Source of the DNA: Eledone cirrhosa
Taxonomy: Eukaryota
Assembly: GCA_964016885.1 (NCBI GenBank)
Contig: OZ024762.1
Location: 19,530,001-19,594,000, forward strand
Length of the DNA stretch: 64,000 bases
Direction: 5' to 3'
Shown here: positions 35,345-49,399 of the stretch, one piece after another
How the letters are laid out: every line of letters begins with the position of its first letter
Position numbering within the stretch: position 1 is the stretch's first letter
Translations under genes and position numbers: made by a program
The notes under the pieces: model-generated
Told to the model about the DNA's origin: nothing
Seen by the model: only the letters and a program-made list of their open reading frames with translations
Database searches by the model: none

Positions 35345-36345
35345 AGAGGAGTTTAAGATTGGCTGCCCATGGGAACTTCTCTATGACGATCTGGTACTTA
35401 TAGCAGATTCGGTAGAGGAGCTAGAGAATAAATTCCAGTTCTGGAAACAGCAGTTGGAATCAAGAGGACTGAGAGTGAACCTAGCTAAGACTAAAGTGTT
35501 GATAAGTAGGAAAGAGGACGAAACTCTGATTCCATCAGGGAAATGGCCATGCTTGATATGTAGAAAAGGAGTTGGCATAAACTCCATAGGATGTACACAA
35601 TGCAGATCTTGGGTACATAAGAAGTGTAGTGGGATAGCAGGCAAACTAACAAGAAAGGAAAACTTTGGGTGTCGTAGATGTTCAAGGAAAATTGATAGTA
35701 TAAGTATAAGTGATAGGTACATTTTTCAAATGCAAGTAGGATCTATAGAGGTGGTTGATAGCTTCCAATATCTAGGTGATCAGATTAGCAAGGGAGGAGG
35801 ATGCTCCGAGGCCATAGTATATAGAATAAGGGCATGATCGAAGAAGTTTAGGGAGCTGCTTCCTCTGTTGACAACAAAGGGTTTCTCCCTACGAATGAAA
35901 GGTCGGTTATATGATGCCTGTGTGAGATATGCGATGCTGCAAGGTAGTGAGACATGGGCAGAAATTGCGGAGGATATGCAATGGCTGGAGAGAAATGAAG
36001 CAAGCTTGCTCCGATGGATGTGCAATGTCAATATGCGTTAATGACCAGGCATAGACGAGTTGAGAGTGAAACTGGATAAGTGGGATACACTGTAGTGTGT
36101 TGTGTGGAAGAGAAGACTGCATTGGTATGGCCATGTGATGATGCGCATGGAAGATAACTGCTGGGTGAAGAAGTGCCAAGAAATACCGGTTGAAGGAAGA
36201 CCACGAAAAACATGGGCAGAGGTGGTGAGAGCTGACCTCAGATCACTGAAGCTCACAGAGGAGATGATGAATGGAGAGATGCTGTGCTAAAGAGGATCCG
36301 TCTCACCTTTGCAAGCAGGGAAAAGCAGACATAGAATGATGATGA
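35345..36345 (+). pseudogene. Decayed RTE LINE ORF fragment with PHD-type finger
   Basis: GCPWELLY(-)DDL, RVNLAKTKVL, C-x2-C...HKKC...CRRC, FQYLG, WYGHVM, GRPRKTW; stops and frameshifts. Confidence 0.93.
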
Positions 36346-36383
36346 TATGTATATATATATATATCTTTATTATTTATAGAAAT

Positions 36384-36435
36384 GACTTCTACAGAGGAAT
36401 TGAACTGTTTCATTCATGTGAAATCATCAGGGATC
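36384..36435 (-). ncRNA. Hammerhead motif (H3; stem I degenerate)
   Basis: CTGATGA-t ttc acat gaa t-GAAA-cag ttcaattcct ctg-TA-gaagtc. Confidence 0.55.
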
Positions 36436-36670
36436 TGTAGTTACCTCCCAATACAATCATGAATCTCTCTCTCCCCCTCCCCCCTCCTCCTCCTCTCTCT
36501 CTCTCTCTCTGTATATATATATATATATACTGTGATTTAAACATATCCGACACTAATTTGCATAATAGATTAAATAAATTTAATAACCCCACTATCCGGG
36601 AGCTTCCAACAGAAATGGTCGCATTCTTTAAGGGTATGTCAATATTTATTTATAAAACTGATCTATATTA

Positions 36671-36735
36671 TATTTTATCTGATGAAAGCACACCATAATT
36701 TAACTTGGTGCCCTTGAAATATGTATAATGAAATA
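36671..36735 (+). ncRNA. Type I hammerhead ribozyme motif (H2)
   Basis: tattttat-CTGATGA-aagcacacca...tggtgccctt-GAAA-tatgta-TA-atgaaata. Confidence 0.78.
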
Positions 36736-36926
36736 AATATGGTTTTATAAATATAGTTTCCATTTGTTAATATATCGTATATATATATATATATTTAAAG
36801 GTTAAACAAGGTTCAATGAATAAATCAAAGAATTAGTTTTACAATAGATTGGAAGCACTCAACAGCAATGGTTTTCCGGAGTTATTAATATTAATTCAAA
36901 ATATTAATTTTTGTTAATATTTTTAA

Positions 36927-36963
<37 letters not shown>

Positions 36964-37329
36964 ATATATGTATATACACTTCTACTTTATTACTACTTTG
37001 ACACTAAACTCCGCCAGTTGCAGGCTGTGCATCACATGTTATATTTTTCTCCACAAAGTTCAATCACCAATAGCAGAGTTTAAAGAGCAAAGATCAAGTT
37101 GACATTAAAGATCAAAGCCCATAAGTTGACATTATCGAGCCATCGTTTTGGCTGCCGGCGTCTGCTTTCCCTACCAGCCAACCATTCTTCCAGGCATAAT
37201 CTACTCACACACACACACACACATATATATTATGTAATAGTCACAGTGCATAAAACTATAAAGTAGAGCTGAAATTACAACCTTATTACATTCCTGTTAA
37301 TAACATAGAAGTCATATCAGTATTTATAA

Positions 37330-37732
37330 TAATTGTTTATACTTTTGGCACAAGGCCAGCAATGACCCAGTGCATTACTGGTACATTATTTTATAGACCC
37401 CGTTAGGATGAAAGGCAAAGTGAACCTCGGCGAGATTTGAACTCAGACCATGAAGGGCCGTAACTCTTTGCTGAAAAGCATGGCGTCCGACCCTCTACCG
37501 ATACTGCCAATCCAATGGTTTCTTATATAGGCACAAGGCCAGCAATTTTGGGGGAAGGGAAAGTCAATTAATTCGACCCCAGTGCATGACTGGTACTTTA
37601 TTTTATCGATCCCATAAGGATGAAAGGCAAAGTTAACCTCGGCAGGATTTGAACTCAGATCATAAAGGGCTGTAAGTCTATGCTGCAAAGCATGGCACCC
37701 GGCTCTTTACCAATTCTGCCAATCCACCACCC
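37330..37732 (-). mobile_element. Two tandem SINE B copies
   Basis: 37330-37515 and 37516-37732. Confidence 0.88.
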
Positions 37733-38054
37733 TTATAATAATAATAATAATAATAGTAATAAAAATACAAGAATCTTTTGCAATTTTAATTAAGCTGAAA
37801 TATGTACTTTGGAAATCTATTATTCCAATATATCTTGAAGATAAGGCAACAGCTCTTTCTGTTTTCTAATATTTTTAGTGTTTTATTATGTTTCAACTTT
37901 GCTGTTTGGTGACTGCCAGTTGGTCATTAATCTTTATTGATTCCAAGCTCTTGGATTTCCTTACTCTTCTATTTATTTTCCTCTATTGTTTGTTAAGTGT
38001 CTGTCTTTACAAACTTCAATTTAAATATTGATCGTCATATTAATGCCTATGTCG

Positions 38055-38555
38055 ATCTGTTTGTCTTTGAATGTGTTTGTGTTCGAATGTGCGTGTTTCT
38101 GAATGAGTGTTTGTGTAGGTATGTATGTACGTGTGTGTTTGAATGTGATTGTGTTCGAATGTACGTGATTCTGAACGAGTGTGTGTGTTTGAATGTGTTT
38201 GTGTTCGAATGTGCGTAATTCTGAAAGAGTGTTTGTGTACGTATATATGTATGTATGTGTATCTTTCAATGTGATTGTGTTTGAATGTGCGTGTTTCTGA
38301 ATGAGTGTTTGTGTACGTATATATGTATGTGTGTGTTTAAATGTGTCTGTGTTCGAATGTACGTGATTCTGAATGAGTGTTTGTGTATGTATGTCTGTGT
38401 GTGTGTGTGGGGGGGGGTTGTGAATGAGTTTTTGTGTATATATGTGTGTTTGTGAATGAGTGTTTGCTTGTATATATGTGTATTTGTGAATGAGTATTTC
38501 TGTGTGTGAGGGTGTGTGTTTCTGAATGAGCGTGTGTACATGTGTTTGTGTACAC
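38055..38555. repeat. Degenerate TG-rich minisatellite (gttcgaatgt.cgtg.ttctgaatgagtg)
   Basis: Direct reading. Confidence 0.85.
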
Positions 38556-38660
38556 AAACCCCCCCACCCCTACGTCCACACACAAACATATACACAATTA
38601 GCTATTCATGACGTAAGGATATTATATAGATAACCAAGTTATTTAATATTATATGTATAT

Positions 38661-39228
38661 ATCATCATCATCATCATTTTATGTCCGCTTTTCTCTGCTT
38701 GCAACGGTGGGGCGGGTCTAATTCAGCACAGCATCTCTCCACTTGTCACGGTCCTTCGTCATTTCCACCGGGAGCTTCAGCGATCTGAGGTCTATTCTCA
38801 CCACCTCCGCCCATGTTTTTCCTGGTCTACTTCTACCACGTCTTCCTTCAACTGGCATTTCCTGGCACTTATTCACCCACCGGTCATCTTCCATGTGCAT
38901 CACACGTCCATACCATGGCAGCCTCATCTCTCGCACACTACAATCTATCCCTCTCAGACACAGTTTCTCTCTCAACACACCCATGCTGGGTCGTTCACGC
39001 ACATTGACATTGCACATCCAACGGAGCATGCTTGCCTCATTTCTCTCCAGCCATCGCATATTCCTCTGCAGTTGCTGCCCATGTCTCACTATTATGCAGC
39101 ATCGCGCTCCTCACACACGCATCATATAACCGGCATTTCGTACGCAGGAAGAAACCCTTCTTCGTCAGCAGAGGAAGCAGCTCCCTAAACTTCTTCCAAC
39201 CCGTCCTTATTCTAGATATGGCCTCGGT
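38661..39228 (-). pseudogene. RTE LINE 3' fragment with (GAT)n tail
   Basis: RIRTGWKKFRELLPLL, MLHNSETW, ERNEASMLRWMC, DRDKWR; one frameshift. Confidence 0.93.
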
Positions 39229-39332
39229 ATATATATATAAAAATATATATATATATATATATATTTCGTTTCTGAATTTGTTGTCGTAGGACAGAACAAA
39301 GGGGAGGCACAAAAACAAAGAAAAGAATCCCC

Positions 39333-39376
39333 AGTCACTGAAGAGGTCACAGAATGTGTGACGAAAGAACTTTGAC
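39333..39376 (+). ncRNA. Type I hammerhead ribozyme motif (H4)
   Basis: gtca-CTGAAGA-g gtcaca gaatg tgtgac-GAAA-g aa c-TT-tgac. Confidence 0.72.
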
Positions 39377-40049
39377 AATATATGAACAACCGTCCGGTTG
39401 TGGAACCAACCAACCGGAAATTTATAAATTTAATTTATAATAAATTGGAGTGAAAGCAACTGGTGCGTGAGTTTCTTATTGGCAACATGACCCTCCCAAA
39501 GCATAACAATATATTACATATATACATATATACATACACAGACACACGTCTGTGTGTAGCTGTGTTTATGCCTATGTGTGTGTATTTGTTTGTGTATGTG
39601 CCTCTCTCTCCCTCTCTTCCCCCTCTCTCTGCATATGCGTGTGCTTCTCTCTTTTTCTGTATATCTCTCTTTCTCCCTTCCTCTCTCTCTCATTTCTTGT
39701 GCATCTTTTAAATCTTACTGTATCACATTGACCTGGTGCTATACGATATAATTGGCTTGAAACGTAAATGAAGCATGCACCATGCTATCTAGCACCTCAT
39801 ATGGATAGATAGATGTCCCTGTAACCTCTGAAGCCACCGTGCGGACACTGTAGTGAGATACAGCATTTCTAGGACATTTTTTAAAAAATCTGGCAGGGCC
39901 TGTCTCTTCCCCAGGTCTGAACACAGCAGATTTCTTCCAGAGAAAGATAGAGAGAATGACTGAGAAAATGGAAATGAGAAAGAGATATAGAAGAAGAATC
40001 TCTCTCTTTCTCGCACCCGCCCTCTCTTTCTCGCAGCCCTCTCCCTCCC

Positions 40050-40090
<41 letters not shown>

Positions 40091-40260
40091 CACATATATG
40101 TGTGTGTGTGTGTGTGCATTTGACCCTCTCTCTCTTTCTCGCCCCCCCCCCCTCTCTCTCTCTATATATATATATATACATATATGTGTGTGTGTGTGTG
40201 TCTGTGTACATTTCACCCTCCCTCTCTTTCTCTCTGTATGTGTGTTTCTGTGTGTACACC

Positions 40261-41652
40261 TTAACCCTTTAGCGTTTAAACCGGCCGGTCATACTGGTGT
40301 TAAGGTATTGTTCTCAAAATAAATAAATATCAACATCTCATAGATGTTGATATCATGTGAGATAATTATGTGAGGTAAAGCCTTTACTGTGAAAATACAA
40401 TAGTAAATATAGAGTAATGTAAATATCATGTGAGATAATTATGTGAGGTAAAGCCTTTACTGTGAAAATACAACAGTAAATATAGAGTAATGTAAATATT
40501 ATGTGAGATATTATGTGAGGTAAAGCCTTTACTGTGAAAATACAACAGTAAATATAGAGTAATGTAAATATTATGTGAGATAATTATGTGAGGTAAAGCT
40601 TTTACTGTGAAAATACAATAGTAAATGTAGAGTAAAGTAAATATTATGAGATAATTATGTGAGGTAAAGCCTTTACTGTGAAAATACAATAGTAAATATA
40701 GAATAAAGTAAATATTATGAGATAATTATGTGAGGTAAAGCCTTTACTGTGAAAATACAATAGTAAATATGGAGTAATGTAAATATTATGAGATAATTAT
40801 GTGAGGTAAAGCCTTTACTGTGAAAATACAATAGTAAATATAGAATAAAGTAAATATTATGAGATAATTATGTGAGGTAAAGCCTTTACTGTGAAAATAC
40901 AATAGTAAATATGGAGTAATGTAAATATTATGAGATAATTATGTGAGGTAAAGCCTTTACTGTGAAAATACAATACTAAATATAGAGTAATGTAAATATT
41001 ATGAGATAATTATGTGAGGTAAAGCCTTTACTGTGAAAATACAATAGGAAATATAGAGTAATGTAAATATTATGTGAGATAATTATGTAAGGTAAAGCCT
41101 TTACTGTGAAAATACAATAGTAAATATAGAGTAAAGTAAATATTATGAGATAATTATGTGAGGTAAAGCTTTTACTGTGAAAATACAATAGTAAATATAG
41201 AGTAATGTAAATATTATGAGATAATTATGTGAGGTAAAGCCTTTACTGTGAAAATACAATAGTAAATATAGAATAAAGTAAATATTATGAGATAATTATG
41301 TGAGGTAAAGCCTTTACTGTGAAAATACAATAGTAAATATAGAGTAAAGTAAATATTATGAGATAATTATGTGAAGTGAAGCCTTTACTGTGAAAATACA
41401 ACAGTAAATATGGAGTAAAGTAAATATTATGAGATAATTATGTGAGGTAAAGCCTTTACTGTGAAAATACAATAGTAAATATAGAGTAAAGTAAATATTA
41501 TGAGATAATTATGTGAGGTGAAGCCTTTACTGTGAAAATACAACAGTAAATATAGAGTAATGTAAATGTTATCTGAGATATTATGTGAGGTAAAGCCTTT
41601 ATTGTGAAGATACCATAGTAAATATAGAGTAATGTAAATGGTAATGGATTAA
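40261..41652. mobile_element. MITE P1 with an internal ~71-bp segment amplified about 18 times
   Basis: Starts ttaaccctttagc; array gagataattatgtgaggtaaagcctttactgtgaaaatacaatagtaaatatagagtaatgtaaatattat; degenerate right TIR. Confidence 0.9.
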
Positions 41653-41764
41653 CAAGCTATAAACAGTTAAGTTTAAACAATGGTGTCGTTATATTAAGTA
41701 AATGGAATGGTCTTGTTTATCTTTACTCAGCCCTCACCTTTCAGCTCTCACTTCTTATCTCTTA

Positions 41765-42470
41765 AATTCTCTCTCATATCTTGTCTCATTTCTCTTTCAT
41801 CTTTCTCTCATTTCTCTTTCATCTTTCTCTCATCTCTCTCTCTTTCTCTCGTCTCATCTCTCTCTCTTTCTCTCGTCTCATCTCTCTCATCTCTCTCTCT
41901 TTCTCTCGTCTCATCTCCCTCTCTTTCTCTCATCTCTCATCTCCCTCTCTTTCTCTCGTCTCATCTCTCTCATCTCCCTCTCTTTCTCTCGTCTCATCTC
42001 CCTCTCTTTCTCTCGTCTCATCTCCCTCTCTTTCTCTCGTCTCATTTCTCTCATACCTCATCTCTTTCTCTCATCTCTCTCATCTCCCTCTCTTTCTCTC
42101 GTCTCATCTCTCTCATCTCCTCTTTTTCTCGTCTCATCTCTCTCATCTCTCTCTTTCTCTCATTTCATCTCTCTCTCTCATCTCTCTCTTTCTCTCATTT
42201 CATCTCTCTCTCTCATCTCTCTCACATCTCATCTCTTTCTCCCATGTCTCATCTCTCTCTCATTCCTCGTCTTATCTCTCTCTCATGTCTCATCTCTTTC
42301 TCTCATCTTTCATCCATCTCTCTCTCACATCTCATTGCTTTCTCTCACCTCTCTCTCATTCTCTCATCTCTCTCTCATTCCTCATCTCTCTCTCATTCCT
42401 CATCTCATCTCATCTCTCTCTCTCATCTCTCTCTCTCTCTCTCTCACATCTCATCGCTCTCTCATCTCTC
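41765..42470. repeat. CT-rich low complexity
   Basis: Direct reading. Confidence 0.95.
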
Positions 42471-42819
42471 TGAAAAAACGTGAATATGAGACGTGGTCCA
42501 TAAAAATGCTTATAAACGTCAAAATATAATTTTTAAAAAGAGGGAGTGTCTTATGTGAATGGGTGTCCAATAGGCCAGCAAATATGGTATATTGTTATTA
42601 ATAATTTAGTGTTGACATGAAAAAAGCCATAAAAAAAAAATCGCTGAAGATATTTACAATGCCATGAATATGCGGAGGTTTCCAGGAACAATTATTAGTT
42701 AAGTTCTAAGGATAATTCCACAAATGCTGGGACCGCTAATGCTAGGGGGTACACTGTATATATTTACTTACTACACCACATTATATTCACAGATGTATAT
42801 AATACTTGAATCATCATTT

Positions 42820-43170
42820 CATCCTCATCCTCATCATTTCATTTTACGTCCGCTTTTTCCCTGCTTGCAAGGGTGGGACGGGAACTGATTCTGGCTTGAC
42901 TTCTACAGCTGGATGCCCTTCCTAACACCAACCTCATTTACAGTGAGTGCTGGGTGCTTTTTTTTTTGCCGTGGCACCTCCACGTCCACTTTGCAGTGGA
43001 ATGATAGGGACCCCAGTCCCTATCATCTCATTTCTACAGCTGAGTAAACTGGAGCAATGTGAGATAAAGTGTCTTGCTCAAGGAAACAACACATCACTGA
43101 GAACACATCACTGAGAATTGAACTCACAACCTTTCGATTGCAAGGCCAATGCTCTAACCACTAAGCCACA
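42820..43170 (-). mobile_element. SINE family A
   Basis: Homology to other copies. Confidence 0.92.
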
Positions 43171-44197
43171 TTACATGTCAAATATTATGTACTGTAAATT
43201 ATTGATAAGGTGGTGAAGAAATGGCTAAGTTTTTCAAATGTTCAATAGAAAGCTTTGTCCAAAGGTTCATCATAGATTTAGCTTCATTATATTTCCAATG
43301 TCTCTACCACTCTACTATTTCTTAGTTTTCTCTCTTTCACCTCTCACCTTCTCCACAAAAATACTAAACTACTTTAAGTCCCCCCCCCCCCCTCTCCTCC
43401 TCGCTGCATACAATGGCTTTGGCTGCATTGCTTTTTTTTTTCTACTGCTGTTATTTTGGCAGGTGCTCTCCCCCTCCTTCCTCACTCTTTCTCTCGCTCT
43501 CTACCCCTCTTTCTCTCCTCCCCCTTTCTTTCGCTCCCCCCCTCTCTCTCTCCCCACTTTCTTTCGCTCTCCCCTCTCCTCTTTTCCTCTCTCTTTCTCT
43601 TGCCCCCCTCCTCTCTATTTCTCCCCCCTCTCTATTCTCCCCCCTCTCTCTTTCTCTCGGTCTCTCCCCCTCTCTCTTTCTCTCGCTCTCTCCCCTCTCT
43701 CTCTCCTCTCTCTCGGCTCCTCTCTCGCCCTCTCCTTCCTCCTCCATTGTTAAATGGCTGTTCAATTTCTATCATAATTGTCAATAATGCTAGCTGTAGA
43801 GACACACACACACACACACATACAGACAGCCTTGCACAAACACCACACACTCACACATATATGCCACTGACATACACACAGACTCACACATATATGCCAC
43901 TGACATACACACACAGAGACACACATACAGACAGCCTTGCACAAACACCACACACTCACACATATATGCCACTGATGTGTATACAGACATACAGACTCAC
44001 ATATATATGCCACTGACGTACACACACATACACACAGATGTACATTATAGACCCCCCCCTCACGCTCCCCCCCCTCCACATTAAAAGTTTGAAAAGAATA
44101 AAAAGTTAAATAAAAATCAAATTCTGTTTTAATGATTTGTTTATTCCTCTGTTTGGGAGTTAAACAAAACCAGTGTGAAAATAACACATGTATAGAC

Positions 44198-45460
44198 TCA
44201 CCTGTATACACACAAACCTACACACCAACACACACACAGAAACACATCTACACACCAACACACCTGTACACACACACAGAAACACATCTACACACCAACA
44301 CACCTGTATACATACACAGAAACACATCTACACACCAACACACCTGTACACATACACAGAAACACATCTACACACCAACACACCTGTACACATACACAGA
44401 AACACATCTACATACCGACACACCAACACACCTGTACACACACACAGAAACACATCTACACACCAACACACCTGTACACACACACAGAAACACATCTACA
44501 CACCAACACACCTGTACACACACACATCTACACATCTACATACCGACACACCAACACACCTGTACACACACACATCTACACACCTACACACCAACACACC
44601 TGTACACATACACAGAAACACATCTACACACCTACACACCAACACACCTGTACACACACACAGAAACACATCTACACACTGACACACCAACACACCTGTA
44701 CACACACACCTCTACACATCTACACACCTACACACCAACACACCTGTACACACACACAGAAACACATCTACACACCTACACACCTGTACACACACACAGA
44801 AACACATCTACACACCTACACACCTGTACACATACACAGAAACACATCTACATACCGACACACCAACACACCTGTACACACACACATCTACACATCTACA
44901 CACCAACACACCTGTACACATACACAGAAACACATCTACACACCTACACACCAACACACCTGTACACACACACAGAAACACATCTACATACCTACACACC
45001 AACACACCTGTACACACACACATCTACACATCAACACACCTGTACACACACACAGAAACACATCTACATACCTACACACCTGTACACACACACAGAAACA
45101 CATCTACGTACCGACACACCAACACACCTGTACACACACACCGAAACACATCTACACACCTGCACACACACATACACTGAAACACACACACACACACACA
45201 TATAAACATGCCTACCCGCCTGCACACACATAAACACATCTACACACCTGCACACACATACATAAACACACCTACACACCTGCACACGCACAAACACACA
45301 CATCTCTACACTTGCACACACACACACACACATACACACACACACACATCTCTACACTTGCACACACACACACACACACACACATACACACACACACACA
45401 TACACACATACACACCTACACACACACACACAGAAACATACATACACATAAATACACCCT
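44198..45460. repeat. CA-rich minisatellite (acacctgtacacacacacagaaacacatctacacacca)
   Basis: Direct reading. Confidence 0.95.
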
Positions 45461-45751
45461 CACATCTGTGCACATACACATCAATGCACAAACACACCTA
45501 TGCAGCTATACTCACACACACAGATAAATGCACCTATACACCTCCACACCTCCACATCAATATATCTGCACACACTATGTACAAACGCACACATAAACTC
45601 ACACATAAACTCACACGTACTTCACCTAAGCTGAGCAATGAAAACACACCTCCTCTGGCCCTCACCACTCTGTTAGTTATTTCTCCAAATTTTCTCTTAC
45701 ATTTAATAGCATATAACATTTATACATATACTCTGAATATTGATGTCATAA

Positions 45752-46260
45752 CAAAAAGCACCCTGTCCACTCTGTGAATGGTCGCTTTGGTTCCACAAAA
45801 AAAAAAAGCACCTAGTCCGCACTGTAAAGTAGTCATTTTGGTTCGACAAAAAAAGCACCCTGTCCACACTGTAAAGTGGTCATGTTGGTGACATGACAAA
45901 CAGCACTTAGTCCACACTGTAAAGTGGTCCTTTTGGTTCCACAAAAAAAGCACCTAGTCCACACCGTAAAGTGATCATTTTGGTAACATGATAAAAAGCA
46001 CTCAGTCCACACTGTAAAGTGGTCATTTTGGTAACATGATAAAAAGCACTCAGTCCACACTGTAAAGTGGTCATGTTGGTGACATGACAAAAAGCACTCA
46101 GTCCACACTGTAAAGTGGTCATTTTGGTAACATGATAAAAAGCACTCAGTCCACACTGTAAAGTGGTCATGTTGGTGACATGACAAAAAGCACTCAGTCC
46201 ACACAGTAAAATGCTTGGTAGAAAAATGCACATTAAATGGTGATGATGAAGATAATGATA
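45752..46260 (+). repeat. ~48-bp tandem array derived from the SINE A/RTE 3' tail
   Basis: aaaagcactcagtccacactgtaaagtggtc units, ending in ttaaatggtgatgatg. Confidence 0.85.
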
Positions 46261-46261
46261 C

Positions 46262-46840
46262 CCTGGGAAGAAATTATCAAAATTGTTGGTCTTGTGCCGA
46301 AATCAGAAACCATTATGTTCTGAGTTCAAATCCCGCTGAGCTTAGCTTTGCCTTTCATCCTTATGTGAGGCAATAAAATAAAGTACCAGTAACACACTGG
46401 GCTTAATTTAATCAACTTTCCCGCTTGTCCAAAATTTTTCGTCTTGTGCCTAAATCAGAAACTTGATATCACTGGTTCACTAGTTTAAAAGGACTCACTA
46501 TGGAACACAGCAAAGTTAACCTCGGCAGGACTTTGCCTTTCATCCTTACAAGGTCGATAAAATAAAGTACCAGTAATGCACTGGGGTAATTGCTGGCCTT
46601 GTGCCGAAAGTAGAAACAATTATTATTATCGTTAGAACATCGGACAACATGCTTTGCGGCATATTTTTATGGCCTTTTACGTTCTGAGTTTAAATCCCAC
46701 CAAGGTTAGGTTTGCCTTTCATCCTTAAGTAGTCAATATAATAAAATACCAGTAATACACTTGGGTCGATTTAATCGACCCCCCCTCCCCCCTCCCCCCT
46801 TCAAATTGCTGGCCTTATGCCTAAAGTAGGAACCATTACT
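46262..46840 (+). mobile_element. Cluster of SINE B fragments
   Basis: Repeated gcctttcatcctta...aaaataaagtaccag. Confidence 0.82.
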
Positions 46841-47730
46841 ATCTGATATAAAACTCCCCCTATGCATTTACGTATCTGCTATGTTAGAGGGTAAAACCAA
46901 ATTCTAAATCTCACTTCTTTTTCTCTTTTCTACAAATTCTAGAAACATCTGTTTACTTGTTAGGTGTAATGTCCATTTTTCAATGAGTAAATCTGAAAAG
47001 ACAAGAAAAAAAAAAAAAAAAGAACTTAGAAATTTTGCTGTAAACTCTTTAATAAAACATGTATCTAACATGTTAAAATATTGTGTTGCAGAGGTCCTCT
47101 CTCTCTTTCTCTCCCCCCTCTCTCTCTCTCTCACTCATCATTCTCTCCCACCCCCTCTATCTTGCTTGTGGGCCCCCTCTCTCTCTCTCACTCATCATTC
47201 TCTCCCCGTCCCCGCTCTCTTCTCACTTTCACTCGTTCCTCACTCTCTCACTCACTCTCACTCACTCATTCCTCTCCTTTCTCTCACTCTCTCTCACTCT
47301 CTCTCCTTTCTCTCACTCTCACTCATTCCTCTCACTCACTCCCCCCACTCATTCCTCTCTTTCTCTCATTCCCTTCTCTCACTCATCCTATTCTCTCATT
47401 CCCTTCTCTCACACTACCTCTCTCTCATTCACTACTTCTCTCTCTCCCCCTCCCTCTCTCTCCCTCTCACTCCCTCTCACTCTCACTCATTATTTCTGTT
47501 TTCCTTTCTGTCTGTTCTGACCTTCATTATTACATTATTGTGTTTTGTATGTTTTATATGTTTCAATGTGTAAATATATGAATGTTGTTTGGTTAGGTAG
47601 GTAAGGAAAACTAGGCTGCTCACACACATATACATACATATACACATACTACATACATACATATACACATACATACATACATACATACATACATACATAC
47701 ATACATACATACACATATACATACATATAC

Positions 47731-48243
47731 ACCACGGAGTAGGCAGACCCAGAAAAACCTGGGACGACCTGATAAATTCCGACCTCACACACTTACACCT
47801 CTCCAAGACAATGTCACTGGACCGAGATCTTTGGCGGTACTCAGTAATAGAGAAGACCCGCCTTACCTAAATACAAAGTAAAACCTACTACAGTCAGTAG
47901 GCATCTCTAACAAAATACACCCCCGTCCCACCCCCTCACCCTTTCAATGTAAAGTTATGTTGGTGCCACAACATCCAGGCCGAAACAAATGAGATCGTGT
48001 AGGTGTCACGACAAAAAAAACACACAGTCCACGCTGTAATGTGGCCGTGTAGGCAACACGGTAAAAACCTCCCAGACCCACACTGTAAATGTGGTTGGTG
48101 TTAGGAAGGGCATCCAGCTGTAGAAAACCCACCAGACAGTCCTATGCGAGCAAGACAACCACTCTTGCCTCAAGTGGGAAAACTCCCGTCCAAACCCATG
48201 CAAGCGTGGAACATGGACGTTAAACGGTGATGATGATGATGAT
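47731..48243 (+). mobile_element. RTE LINE 3' end, close paralogue of 12672-13201
   Basis: High nucleotide identity by eye; (GAT)n tail. Confidence 0.95.
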
Positions 48244-49399
48244 ACACATACATACACATATACGTACACATACATACATACATACATACATACATACATA
48301 CATACATACATACATACACATATACATACATATACACATACATGCATACATATATACACATATACATACATATACACATACAAACATACATACACATATA
48401 CATACATACACATATACATACATACACATATACATACATACACACATACATACACATATACATACATACACATATACATACATACACACATACATACACA
48501 TATACATACATACACATACATACATACACATACATATACATACATACATAGATATACATACACATGCATACACACACACACCTACACATGCAAACATACA
48601 TACACACATACACTTACATACTTACACACACACACATATAAATTCAGTTTGGTTTGTTAAGTAAACAAATGGACTTTTTGACAGGTCCTGAGTAATTTGT
48701 TATAGTTTTTATTGTATTTTCTTTACTTTTCTTTACTTTTATTTTGTTATAATACTAGAGGGGTGGGGGCATGAGAGATAGAGAAAGAAAAAGAGAGGGA
48801 GAGAGAAAGTTAGTGAGAAAGAAAGAGATAGAGAGAGAGGGCATGAGAGAGAAAGGAGAGGGAAATAGAGAGAGAGAGACAGAGAAAGATAGAGAGGGAA
48901 ATAGAGAAAGAAAGAGCGAGAGAGACAGAAAGAGTGATAAAGATAGACAAAGAAAGAGAAAGAGAGGGTGAGAAAGAAAGTGATAGAGAGAGAGGGTGAG
49001 AAAGAAAGATAAAGAGAGAGAGAGAAAGTGATAGAAAGAGCGGGTGAGAAAGAAAGAGATAGAGAGAGAAGTTATTTCTTCATTTCTTCCTCTCAAATTA
49101 AAATGGAATTGGTCTTGGCAAGTATCCCACCTCTCTAAACCAATAAGTCTTTCTCAAATACCGTCATGGTTCAATGACTGAATAGATTTGTTAAGTTTTT
49201 GGTGTTTTGTTTCATTTTCTTCATATTTAGCTTTTTTTTTTTCTGGTTCTGTTAAAAGTTTGCATCACAGAAGACATAACAGTCAGATACTACATACAAT
49301 GTTAATTTTGGATGTATGTGGACAAGTAACTGTTTATTGAGCCAGCCAACAAACATATTGGCAAAATGTTTAAAACTTATCTTGAAGGAAGGCACAAGG

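Noticed and set aside
42541-42760. Possible pogo/Tigger-like TIR remnants (aaatatggta; gggtacactgta)
   Set aside because: Too degraded, and no partner TIR was found.
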